From Veleropilina oligotropha (Eukaryota), in contig JBEUKZ010000053.1 in the NCBI GenBank assembly GCA_048128005.1, forward strand, positions 62,001 to 98,648: 36,648 nt of DNA, in the 5' to 3' direction. Positions 9,899-21,704 of this stretch are shown piece after piece. The position numbers and the translations under genes were made by a program. Within the stretch, counting starts at the first letter, position 1; every line of letters starts with the position of its first letter. Under the pieces are notes generated by a model, which saw only the letters and a program-made list of their open reading frames with translations, searched no databases and was not told where the DNA came from.

Positions 9899-11680
9899 TT
9901 AGAAGTAGATTTCCTCGCAAAGCCCCGATTTATGACCAAACGCACCACATCGCCAACATTGGAGGGCCACACCATGCATACAGACTTTCGATGTATGCCC
10001 AGGTTCACCACAGAAGAAGCAGCAGCATTCAGGATGATATGAAAGTTCAGCATTCCTTATATTTGCTCGCTTTAGTATGGGGGTGACGCTGTCAATATTT
10101 TTCAGCAACTGAGATGTCCCCTTCGGGCTAAGATGGATCCTGTCTTGGTTTATGAATTGACTCCGGTCGACGATTGTACTATAGTTTTCAACGAATTTCA
10201 CGCTATAACGATTGCTCATCCTTTGTAGTGCTGCATTTAGCGGTTCAACATTTACGTCCCATCTTGGCGTTAAACCCGACACAACAACATTTATCTCTGT
10301 GTTGTGGGAGTAGATCGTGTTCAGTAGGGACTCGTACTGATACACAATTTCAGCCACAGCTTCTCCCTGGCTAGCGTCATTGCCACCAGCGTGGATTACA
10401 ATGGTGTCGTAGCTCATTATGTTTGAGTTGTAGAGGACCTTTTGAATTTGGGGAATTGTAGCACCTCTGTTAGTTTTCACGTCGACACATCTGCCGAGGC
10501 CACGTTTATTCACATATTTAAGAATAGAAGTTCCTATGAGCAATGTTCTACCATCGTTTTCCTGCGTCTCATTGATATGTTCATTGCGGTCCAACTGCTG
10601 GTTAACGATAGCACTGCCGTTTTGCGTAGCAACTAATTGTTTAGCAACCGTTTCGTCTGTATCATCGATACTGAGAAATGCATCAGCACGTGTTTTGTTT
10701 TTGTTATTCTCCTTTTTTTGTGGTATTTCAGAGTTGGTTTTCTTGGATCTGGACAGCTTGTCCATTAGCGACGTCATTATCGCTAACTGCTCTTCACATT
10801 GTTTGTTGGCAACCTTTAATTCTTCGACAAGACATTTCTTTTCTTGCGTACATAGTTTCAGTTGTGCAGTGTCATTTGCTTGTTTTATACTCAAATATTT
10901 TATTTGAGCTAAAAGTCTTACATTCTCCTCCTTAAGTAGTGATTCTGAATTATCACTTTCACAGTCAGATTAAGACTTGTTTCTTGAAAATAGTTTCAAT
11001 TTTGATTTGGCTCTTTTAATTGAATTAAATTGGTTGTTAATTTGATGCTGGAATGACATTGATTCAGATTCAAGTTGATTAATCCTTTGTTGTTGATGAG
11101 TGAAGATATTATGTAATCCTGTTAAGTAATTACTGCTCTCCAGTTCTTCCATGCTTGATTGCTCTCTGTTTGGTAATGGGCTGGAGAACAAAGCCCGTTG
11201 CTTGAGGTCTGTTTGGCTGGTGTTGACACAGCTGAGCGCTGGTGTAGATGTAATTGGCAAAAAATCGACTGACATCATTTTGAGCTGCAGATCATCAATG
11301 ATAGATTTAAATATATCAATCCACCATGCGCTACATCCCTTTCCTTGGATATGTACCTTTTTAGTTTTGTTATAAAAACTCACGGCAACATTGGAATTAT
11401 TGTGCGATGTTCTGTAAAGGTATCCATTCAGTCCTTTTAGAGGAGTACATTTGGAATCAGCAACAAAATGTTCACTCACTGAAGCAAATAATAGATCACA
11501 ATTGTTAAATGAAATTACAATTGAGCATGTTCGTTCTGTATTGTCCTGAACAAAGTACAATGCTTTCGATGATATATTCGTAGAGCTAATAGATTGTAGA
11601 TTATTGCAACTTACATTGCTCAGGCATGGCGAGAATAATTGAGATAAATCCTGGCTTGACCGCATTGCACTGTCAGCCAT
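9899..11680 (-). CDS. LINE ORF1 (N-terminal domain, coiled coil, SGNH-esterase-like domain, two CCHC knuckles) with one in-frame TAA at 10970-10972
   Basis: Track ORFs 10970-11680 and 9899-10894 share a frame, and the 75 nt between them are open (SDCESDNSESLLKEENVRLLAQIKY). Esterase-like motifs IGTS, GGND, DRIHL. Knuckles CFFCGEPGHTSKVC and CWRCGAFGHKSGLC. Confidence 0.85.
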
Positions 11681-11896
11681 CTTGTCTGCAGCTCATCACT
11701 TTGAGACTTTTCCTGTGTCCAGCCATATCTTGGCAACCACAGCATATTTCTACACAGAGTTGTCACAAAGCATGTCCCATTGCACTCTTGCTGACGATAG
11801 AACACTTTTTGAGGAAGAAATATGATATTTAAACTAGATTTAACTGATTAACTGAGAGCTCGCAAAAACACGTCTAGTCTAGTGAACACACGCCGT

Positions 11897-12148
11897 GTAT
11901 CATCGGCTGTGGACTCCGAAAAATCACCAAATTGACCCCGCTGTCGCGAACAGTAGTGGGTTCAAACCTCGGCTGGGGCATCACACATTTGTTCAAGTTA
12001 TGAATCACTGTTGTCCGTAACTGGTCGAAGAGGGCGGGTTTCCCCAGGCGATCGGGCTTTCCTCCCGCGATCATATGGGCATGTCCTGCTTTGAATCAAA
12101 TGGTGGTTGGATATATACAGGACATTAAGCATCGATCCTTTCTTTTCC
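11897..12148 (+). mobile_element. Body of the family A SINE interrupted by the LINE
   Basis: B-box GGTTCAAACC, core GGGTTTCCCCAGGCGATCGGGCTTTCCTCCC and GGACATTAAGCATCGATCC tail. Right TSD copy TTTACTGTCCGCTA at 12149-12162. Confidence 0.85.
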
Positions 12149-12314
12149 TTTACTGTCCGCTAAGGAGAATGTTAGGTGTTCATTTCATTTCAATATTGCC
12201 GCCATCATTTTCTCGCTTTGACTTTATTTTAGATGGAAACTAACATATTAACGTTGCATTTTAATGTCTTGATCTTTTCCTTTTGTAAAAAAAAGGACAA
12301 GACATTATAAAATG

Positions 12315-14230
12315 GTCCGTGTGTATTGAACAGCCCTGGAAAGTTGCCCGTATTCAATGTCTTCAGGATGGATGCCTTACCCTTGCCAAAGGGATAGGAC
12401 ATTGTATCACAGCCGGCTACAGCATGAGCCCCAAGCAGCTGTGAGCAAACTTTGTCTCCCAAGTTGGCGATGTGGCGTCTATATCAAGGACGACACCATC
12501 ACATTTCCCCATGTGTACGGAGAGACAATCCAGTATGTCACAACGTGACGTCCAGTAGACCACCAGCACGAAGATGTCGCTGTCTTCGCTGAAAATCCTG
12601 ACTACTCTTCGACCAGCATCGGCGGCTTGAAATAGATAACTGATGATGGTGATATCAGCTTCATCATGTAGGAAGGCGCAGTCATCCTTGCTCTCCACTG
12701 AGACCCCACGCCCCAGGTTGAATGTGCTGAGAAGGCGTGACAGGCCACGCTTGTTGTGCTTGTTCTTCATCACTGCATCACGACTTGGCAGGAGACTTGG
12801 CAGGAGGCTATTGAGATCCATGTTGAATGTGGTGGAGCCAAAGCCAGCCCGACGCTGCCTCTCATGATCTTTGGCAGATTTATCAGCGTAGCGGTCAATT
12901 ACAAGGATTTCGCATTTGCAGAATATGGTAAAAGGCGCACATTCAAGGACTCTGCCAACACAGCCACCCCCCCCCCCCCACAGGGCCATACCACGCGATA
13001 CAGAAGCTGTTGAGCGTCTATGATGATAACGTCTGGGCGTTTAGGCTGCTGCTGTTGGACTCCAAGCTTTTCAACAAGTACCGCCTTGTTCCCCTTTTGA
13101 AGGCAGCCATACTCATCTATCAGCGATGTTGGAACAGCAGGAGTTCCATATCACGCTGTTGGCCGACTAGCAGAAGACGGAGAAATATGGACTCCAGGTC
13201 GAAGATCACCTTGTCGCCAAATTTAACGCCTCGATTCAGATGTTCCATGGTATTCACTTTCGAACTGAGTTTTGCATGGAATCCGGCCGGTAGTGAGTTG
13301 CGAAAATTTGTAACCATAGGTGCGGCTATCGCTAAGGATTCTGCCACATGGACGAGCGTTGGAGCCACCTGTCCATTATAGATGATATAGAGGACACTAC
13401 TGTCCGTCTTTAGGGGATGGGAACACTTGTCAAGTGCAGCACTGATGCGCTGTCGGTCATCTTTATCTAGTTCACGTCTCTTCACACCCTCTTCCTTGTG
13501 TGGAGTCTCGTTGGAGGTACTTGGCAGATCTGGATGATAGCAGTGGCCAAGCATGTCTGAAACGTAAACAGATATGGGAAAGGAATCAATCCATTCTGTC
13601 ACTTGTCATGGGGACAGAGTAAAGCCTTTCAGTCCCCCTTTTCCAATATTTACTTGTTCCCCGAACTGATCGGCGGAGACAGAGTTTCAACAACCGACTT
13701 TGTGTCTGCAGACAAAAGCGCCAGAAAGAAGTTCGTCCTTGGCACCATCAGGCAGGAGCACTGACATCTCGAGACAGTTCCATGATATATACCTTGCATA
13801 GTGGTGGTGTCCAGCAATGAAAATGCATGGCAATAGACGCTGTGGACAGAACTGCTGCAAGAGCCAACCCCTTCTCTTTCGGAGCGGAGCAAGGTTGGGG
13901 TGATGAGGTTGTCCACCCAGTGACGGCCAGTCGGATAGCGGCGTGCATTATCCAGGTACGCCCAAATTTATTCCCATGTCTTGATGCCGGTCTGTAGGAT
14001 GGATTGCAAGAGAATGGAAGACACCATCAATTCATAAATGCACGGATCGCGCTCACCCATGGTTTGCCATGACCCATTATGCTGCCGACTCCCCCAAAGG
14101 GGAATCTCGAGACCTGAGCCCTTCATCAAGTGGTCAATACATCCGCAGGCATTTAGCACAATGCGCATCACGCCAGGTCGTATAATGAGGTTTTTAAATC
14201 TCTGGCGATGATGTTATGTTCGTGGTGGGC
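12315..14230 (-). pseudogene. Degenerate AcademX transposase/XPG-like nuclease (older host element)
   Basis: Frame-broken motifs in colinear order: RFKNLIIRPGVM..GSGLE, HYARY, SADQFGEQ, DRY..SAKDHERQRR, HDEADIT, SEDSDIFVL, GCDTMSYPFGKGK. Truncated before the Cys-rich C-terminus. Confidence 0.8.
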
Positions 14231-14341
14231 CTAGGTGGTAATGGCTGTGAGATGCCAAAGTGAAATCCGGACTTGTTTAAAGTAGATACAGGTGGCTTCT
14301 TGTAGAACAACCTGAAACATAATATGAAAAATTTAATAAGA

Positions 14342-14590
14342 TAGTGTAGGGTCATATGCCAGTATATGCAATTCCGTGGGAATTTCATGTTAATTCTTGG
14401 AACCTACAATATTTTTACTAAAAATTATATGCTGAATCCCCCAAAATAGGGTGCCATTTTTTTCTACAACTTTTAAGGGCATTCCCAGGCCCCTAAAGGT
14501 CATGACCTTAAACGTAAACGATTTTTTTTAAATTTAGCAATTCGCATTAATATAGTCATGTAGCATATCAAATTGAAGGAAATTGTGTGT
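14342..14590 (+). repeat. Left terminal/subterminal inverted repeat of AcademX
   Basis: Blocks match the reverse complement of 21290-21704, including GTAGCATATCAAATTGAAGGAAATTG. Followed by a 21-bp tandem TAATTAGGAGTTAATAACACC x3 (about 14617-14685). Confidence 0.85.
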
Positions 14591-15875
14591 GTAATGTTAT
14601 ACGATTGAAAACATGGTAATTAGGAGTTAATAACACCTAATTAGGAGTTAGTAACATCTAATTAGGAGTTAATAAATACTAATTATGTTAAAATATTTTT
14701 TTTTACACTAATACGCTTCAGTAAATAGGCATGTTACTAGTATTAAAATGATTGTACATCAGCAGTTAAAATTTAAAATAAAGCCTTCATAGTTGAATTT
14801 ACAAAACCAGACGCATAGCATGTCCTTGTGGGTGTGATCCGTATTTTAGCTAGCTCCGGGTTTTATTCTATGTCTGTGCGGCTTGTCGTTCAACTAACGA
14901 AATTCGTACTACTGTTTTTGTTTTCCTGCTTACAATTGTCTAAGATAATATTTAGTACGACATTAAATTAATCCAATCAATCGTATTTATTAACGTTTTA
15001 TTCTTGGACTATTTCCATACTGGGAAATAATACAGGTAGGACGGTCATATAACTTCACATAAACATTGGTTATGTATGCGCATTTTAAAGATGCTCATTC
15101 CACTTCGATGCTTAATCTACAATGGAAAGAAAACTACAAATAGGGTATTGCGTGTATTTATCACCTACTCATTTGATGATTCACAAGTTAAAATGCAACA
15201 TAAAGTATTCCAATTATTAGATAATCCGTTCATAATTTAGCGTGAACGATTGCATTATTAAGCCATTGTTTATAGCTGGAATTCCGTCTCAATTCAAATT
15301 CGCCTATGCCCCAAAGTCGTGGCGGTATCGCCCCAGTAAATTATTTAATGTTACAGTATCATAATAATAGTATATGTATATAATAAATATAAAACACAGT
15401 GCATGCCATTAGTTTTAACTTTATGTTCAGATATCGTATTATTTTCTTTACAAAAATTATATAGATGGATATGGGCGAAACTCTCAGAAACCGGCGTGAA
15501 TGATCACCGTGAATTTAAGACGCGCGTCTTTTATTCAGGATCGGTGTTTCAAGCATTTATTGCAATATGTTAAGTTTTATTTTATGATGTGGTAATCTGT
15601 AAACCAGCATGACTTTATGCAAATAATACATACAGAAAGAGGTAGGTTAATTGGTGTTCAACGCTGTATTTGCGGGCGAAATGGAATGGGTCCCTTTAAT
15701 ACACTTGATAGTTGAAAATATCGCGATACACCGAGACGATATCATAGGAAATTGGCGATATCCGATACCCATGACCAGCGCGATAACAGCTCTATTAATC
15801 ACTATGTTCACATACACATACACCTATTCATTGTATTTCTTATAAGTAGTGCTAATCAATACTTTACCGACCTTG

Positions 15876-16110
15876 ATCGGATGGCTCAACTGGTAAGAGC
15901 GTCGGAAAAACGAAAGTGGGATGGTAGGGCACGGGTTCAATACCCCGCGGCCGGCATGGCTTGTTCTAACGCTTACAACTAATATACGCCATGGCGTAAC
16001 AACCCGTTACCAGTCCTTCGAACGGAGACGTAAAATCGAGGTTCCGACTGTCATAACTGAAAGATTGTTAAGTGTTATCGAAACACTAACCAATTCGCCC
16101 ACTCACTCAC
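15876..16110 (+). mobile_element. tRNA-derived SINE with Deu/Nin-like core (family B) inside the Academ 5' region
   Basis: A-box TGGCTCAACTGG (15882-15893) and B-box GGTTCAATACC (15934-15944). Core CTTCGAACGGAGACGTAAAATCGAGGTTCCGAC resembles the recalled Deu/Nin motif TTTCGGATGAGACGTAAAACCGAGGTCC. Ends in a (CACT)n tail. Confidence 0.7.
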
Positions 16111-16222
16111 GAAAATATTATCTATTTATATTTTCAGGACAAGATGGATTGATTGATGGAGTGAGGTTATCGACGATATGCCGTAGAGAAGACTAACACG
16201 TAATTCCAGTACCATTAACATT

Positions 16223-19200
16223 ATGGCGTCGTCAAGTGGCATTCCACATGTGAAGCGAAGACGAATGATAGACTACTCACTATGCATAAAATGTCAGAAA
16301 AGTGGTGGACAATTAGTTAGCAACCCCGAAGCTGAGTCGTATGATCGTTTTTTGGAGAGCGTAAAGCAACGAGCCGATTATGGGGATATTGATTATCTTC
16401 CAATCAAGGAAATGATTCAACCATATCCGCAGATGAACTTGCAGCAAATAATGCGATATGGCATAAGGAATGTTATAAGTCAGCAACCAACACAACAAAG
16501 ATAAATCGTTCACGCATCCGATATGAAAAGTCTCTAACAACTGGCACCGTACCACTTGCAGCGTGCAAAGGCCGACCAAAATCCGAAGGAAGTACGGACA
16601 CACAGTTTTATTCAGATCACACCTCATCAGGAGCTGCGGGCCACTATCGAAGATCAGCAACCGCAGCATACAACACAGACAACTGCTTCTTTTGTGACAG
16701 TGGTGACACAAGAGATCTTCACGAAATCCGAAGTATGAACGCTGGCAAACAACTCCAACAAGCTGTCGAGGCCAGTGACAATATGCAGTGGAAGGTGCAA
16801 CTCAGCGCAGCTTTAAACCCAAATGATGCACATGCCTGCGACATCAAGTATCATTTGGCATGTTGGGTCACACATGTACAACGTCGCCCTGATAAAACCG
16901 CACAAAATGATGCGGACATATCTACTGCATGCACGATGCAACAAAAAAACAGTCAACTTTCAGCTGATATTGAACTATACTCCCTACTGAAAGACTTAAT
17001 GAGTGCTGGATCAGTTGTAACAATAGACAATGTTGAGAAGACATATCAAGCCATTCTGACAATGCATGGTATACAACAGTCAACAGTGTCACGGAAACAG
17101 CTAAAGATGATGAGCTCTAGTCATCTTCCTGAGGTTGAATTGTGCCGCTCCTCTCGCCTCAATGAACCAGAACGCTTATGTTTGAAACATACAAGAAATT
17201 ATGCCATTGATAGCATTGTAGAACACCAGGATCTCACGAAAGAAATGCATGCTATCTTTGATGGTGCCAGAGTCATTCGTCAGGAGATTCTCAAAGCTCA
17301 CAAAGAGGAACCTTGGTCATTCGACGGTTCACTGGATAATCAATATGAGATCCCGCAATTACTCAAGACCATGTTACGATGGATCATAGCAGGACCAATA
17401 CAGTCATTGGCAACAGATGAAAGGAACGACATGATGAACCAGTCAGTTTCCTCCATTGGCCAAACTTTGATGTTTGCTGTGAAATCTACAAAACAGGTGA
17501 TATATCAACCAAAGCGTGATGGAAATACCTTCCGCCACAGAAATGAAAATCCTCAGGTGCTTGGATTGGGTTTGGCAATTCATCATGGAACAAGAAGCAA
17601 AGCTGATGTGGAGCTTCTACACGGGTTTGGCTGTTGCATCGATTACCAGCGTATACTTCGGATCGAGACACAAATTGCGAATGCAGTACTCAAACAAATG
17701 GAATCTACAAATGGCGTGTATGTTCCCAAATCTCTCATGAAAGGCAGATTCATCTTTTTGCAATCGACAATTCTGATTTCAATGAAGATACACCAGATGG
17801 GAAGCACACTCTCCATGCCACGGCTATAGCTGTGTTTCAACAGCAGTATCTGCATGACCAGCGACCTTCAATTGATCTTGATCTAGATTCAACACCATCT
17901 GCTGCTAAATCTCTGATCGATTCGGAACACTATATAACACAGCTCGAACCTTGCAGCATCAAAGGCAATCCGAAACCCAAAGAAACGCCATGCTATACTT
18001 TCAAAGCACTTCAAAACATGAAGTTACTAACCAAGCACAAGATGAACGACGTCGCATGGCTCCTATCTAGAACTACCAAGTCATCCGATACCAGCAATGC
18101 GTCGAATGAAGATCGAACAGAGGCTGGAATGGAGGATGATCTTATAGAATCCTGTCAAACTACGTCCGCAACATGGTCTGGATATAACTCGAGCTGTGTC
18201 ACTGATACGAAACCATTGACCAAAGTCCACCCATTGCCGTTGGTTGGCGCTCCAGCCCACGAATGGCAGACCATGATGACGGTCATCAAGCAGGCACAAT
18301 ACATCACCACAGAAGTCATGGGGCCTGATAAGAAAACCGTGATCACGCTCGACATGGCTCTCTACGAGAAAGCCAGAAGGCTGGAGCTGATTCACCCAGA
18401 ATATAAGGACAAATACATATTCAGAGTTGGAGAATTCCATACAGTACTATGTGCATTGAGAGCCATTGGATCATCAATCGAAAACAGTGGTATTGATGAT
18501 GCATGGATAGCGGCAGACATCAATGGTCCTTCAACAACGAGACAGATATTGGATGGAAAACATATGAAGAGGGCCATCAACGCTCATATCGTTACCTTAC
18601 TAGCCTTCTTCAACCTATATATTCAGAAGCTTACCAAAACCGACACTGCTATACAAGATTGCGCTCAGAAGGTTCAGATGCTGATGGAAGGCACATCAGA
18701 CCAGGATGATTTCCAGAAGAAACACGTCCAGATATTGGCGTTTATGGAAGAACACGACGCCATTAGCAGAATGGAAGATTTTGATAAGAACCAGACGGCA
18801 TCCTTCAAATTCATTCGTAGTTACATTGATGCAGTCCTGACACTTCTATCATTCATAAGAGCCACGCGCCTTGGGGACTGGGATCTCCATTTGGCTTCCC
18901 TAGAAGAGTTGTGTGTGATGTTTTTCTCGAGAGACAGATTGCGATATGCCCAAATGGTCCCAGGGTACATTGCCCAAATGTACAGTCTTCAGACAACAGA
19001 TCCACTCATATGGGCTGAGTTCAAGCTAGGCAACTTCTGTGTGAACAAGAACATCATTCCTTTCTGCAGCATCGGCGTAGACCACGCCATGGAGCATGTC
19101 AACCGTATGATGAAGGTAAAGGGGGGGGTCTCAGCGGCATTACTTTGAGGCCAGCAGCATTAGACAGATTCTTTCTCATAGCACCAGTGATGAGCAGAAT

Positions 19201-21102
19201 ATCTGAGCAAGTGCACGACATGGCTAGGTCGTCCAGTCATCAACGACAAAAGCACCATGAACTGTCTCCTTCCGTGATAAATCGGCAAATGGGTCAAGTT
19301 GAAAAACTGCAAACCGTGATCGATGAATGCAATCCTTTCCAGACAGAAAATGACGATTTGGTAAACATCGTCACTGAAACAGTTATGCCAGAGAAAATCA
19401 AGCTGGACATTCTGAAGAGTGAAGAAGCCGGAAGAATGGGCTATGAAGAGTTCGTCGAGAAGCGCATAGCTGGCCCAACTAGTCCTTGGCAAAAGATGAC
19501 TAAGCTAAATCTACTAACATGGAAGTCGGCAGCCAAAACAACTAAGGTCAAGCTGGCAACACATATTATTGAACTAAAGGAAAATAGATCACTCTTCGCA
19601 CGACTGATGATAATTGCAAGATCTAGACCAGACGTTGACCTTCCGTCAGCAATTGGGACGTACGAGTTCAGCTGCATCCCTCGTTCGCTCTTTGCATCAG
19701 ACGGATGTCTACTGACCTGCACCGACAAGTACAAACTTATGGCAACATTGGAAGGAATGGCGCCTAATGTCTATAGCGAACCATTAGATGCCCGACTAGA
19801 AAACAGAAGCATCATCATAGATGGTATGGTTATTGTCCAAGAATTGTCCATGGTGTCAGTAAAGACATGCAGCGAGTTTTCCCAGTACTTCGTACGCAGG
19901 GTGGAGCACCTTGCATCATCGTACTGTAACGTGCACCTGGTCTTCGATCGGTATGATGATGAACAATCGCTAAAGCAGAGGACACGAGTGCATCGGTATG
20001 GCAAAGCTGCTGATTCTTATCACTTTGTGGTAAATGACAACACACAAATTAAGGTCCCTTTCAAGAAGTTCATTAGCAGCAGCAAGACTAAAGACCAACT
20101 GACAGTGTACTTGGAAAATAAAACACTACGTCACTTTGAAAAAATTGCAAAAACCATTGTCACCGCCACAAAGAATGGAGCGCAGTCAAATGACTACGAC
20201 GTATCAGATTTGTCAAGCAACCATGAAGAGGCCGACACATTACTGATCCTCCATGCATCACATGCATCTAACAGAGGACAAACTGTACACATCTTATCAC
20301 CTGATACTGATGTCTTTATCCTGGCAGTCCGAAGACTACGACAGCTCGGTGACAACACGTGTATGATAGTGGGCACTGGAGAAAAACGCCGCATTGTTCC
20401 TATCAAGCCAGTGCATGATGCTGTTGGATCGACCATTGCAGAGGCCTTGCCAGGTTTCCACCCTTTCACAGGTTGCGATACGACTGGTAAGTTCACTGGG
20501 AAAGGAAAGGTCACGTGTTGGAATACTCTGACAGCTGCCAGACCCAACGTCATCAGAGCTTTTGGTCACCTGGGGGAGACAAATGAACTATCACAGAACA
20601 CATTCGATGCACTTGAGGAGTTTGTGTGCAGGCTGTACTGTCTACGGTCAGCAATAGTTAATATATCAGATCTCATGTGGTATCTGTTCAAAAAGAACCA
20701 AGCAGAAGCAGAGAAACTACCCCCTACGCGAGCCACTTTACGAAACCACATCCTACGAGCGCACTACCAGGCAATGGTTTGGGCCAACGATATAATTCCA
20801 AAGCCTGTCTTACCATCACCACTCAAGTTGACAACTATGGGTGGACTCTGGATGGCACAACCTACACAGCAGTTACATCTGACTTGCCTCCAGCCCCTTC
20901 TGCTGTGGTTGAGCTTGTAAAGTGTGGCTGTACCACCAGCGTGTGCGCCACATCATCTTGCTCCTGCAGAAAAAATTGCATGGCATGCACGGAACTGTGC
21001 GTATGCGGGTCCGGGGACGATGGTCCATGCGAAAATCAATCAAGTGGACATGTAATGAGTGGTGACGAGTCAGACTTGGATGAGTCTGAAGAAGATGCGT
21101 AA
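16223..21102 (+). pseudogene. AcademX transposase, about 1600 aa if frameshifts are repaired (DDE transposase + XPG/FEN1-like nuclease + Cys8 finger)
   Basis: N-terminal CIKC..WHKECY and CFFC..YHLAC. Transposase motifs AIDNSDF, ITLDMALY, RVGEFH, DHAMEHVN. XPG-like IIDGM, VFDRY, HEEADT, SPDTDV, GCDTT. C-terminal KCGCTTSVCATSSCSCRKNCMACTELCVC. Frame changes near 16420, 17755, 19125 and 20825. Confidence 0.9.
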
Positions 21103-21289
21103 ATTGTGGAACGAGTGAATAAAGTCACATCAAATCATTTATTATGTAGTACCAATGATTTATCGCGAGGATGTTACAACTATGTTACAAATATAATATA
21201 CCTGACACACACTCGCCACATTTGAGGGTCTCAAAAGGGTGTTGTGGTGGCATGAAGACATTTAGTTCATATTGAACCAATGAATAAGT

Positions 21290-21704
21290 TTACATACGCA
21301 ATTTCCTTCAATTTGATATGCTACACGACTATGTTGCCAATAAAATACTAAAATTCTCAAATGCGGTCATGGATATGACATTTAAGGGTCTGAGAATGGC
21401 ATTAATAGCTGCAGAAAATATTAAAACATGTTTTATTCCCTATTTGCCCATTGTATGACGTTAAACGCTACAATTCCCATCAATTTAACATGCTACATGA
21501 CTATTTAATTTTTTAAACAAGCAAAAAACATGTTTTATGAGATACGGTTAGGGTCATGACCTTGAGGTGTCCGAAAATGACCTTTAGGTCGTTAAAAAAA
21601 ATGGCACCCTATTTTTTTAGATTCTGCATAGAAGTTTGAAAAATAATAATATGGGTACAAAGTATTAACATGAAATTCCCACGGAATGACATAAGACCCT
21701 CCTA
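21290..21704 (-). repeat. Right terminal/subterminal inverted repeat of AcademX
   Basis: Reverse complement begins TAGGAGGGTCTTATGTCATTCCGTGGGAATTTCATGTTAAT. The CAATTT..ATGCTACA.GACTA block occurs twice (about 21300-21331 and 21471-21503). Confidence 0.85.

Larger units (their letters stand above)
6394..11896 (-). mobile_element. Full-length CR1/L2-group non-LTR retrotransposon
   Basis: Contains a 5' UTR, ORF1 and ORF2. The 3' UTR has a stem-loop (AGAGAGGGA..TCCCTCTCT, about 6427-6476), an AATAAA (6420-6425, minus) and a (TTA)n tail. Both junctions fall inside one SINE copy. Confidence 0.92.
14342..21704 (+). mobile_element. Full-length AcademX DNA transposon
   Basis: TAG (14342) and CTA (21704) termini with 3-bp TSD AGA at 14339-14341 and 21705-21707. 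Long imperfect TIRs share ATTCCGTGGGAATTTCATGTTAAT, AATAGGGTGCCATTTTTTT and AAGGTCATGACC. Encodes a transposase-XPG-Cys8 protein. Confidence 0.9.

Noticed and set aside
9560..9900. 2A/StopGo peptide at the start of LINE ORF2
   Set aside because: No D(V/I)ExNPGP motif in the translation.
19145..21102. Host FEN1/XPG repair gene or tesmin/CXC gene
   Set aside because: The domains are colinear with a transposase inside TIRs and a TSD, so they belong to AcademX.
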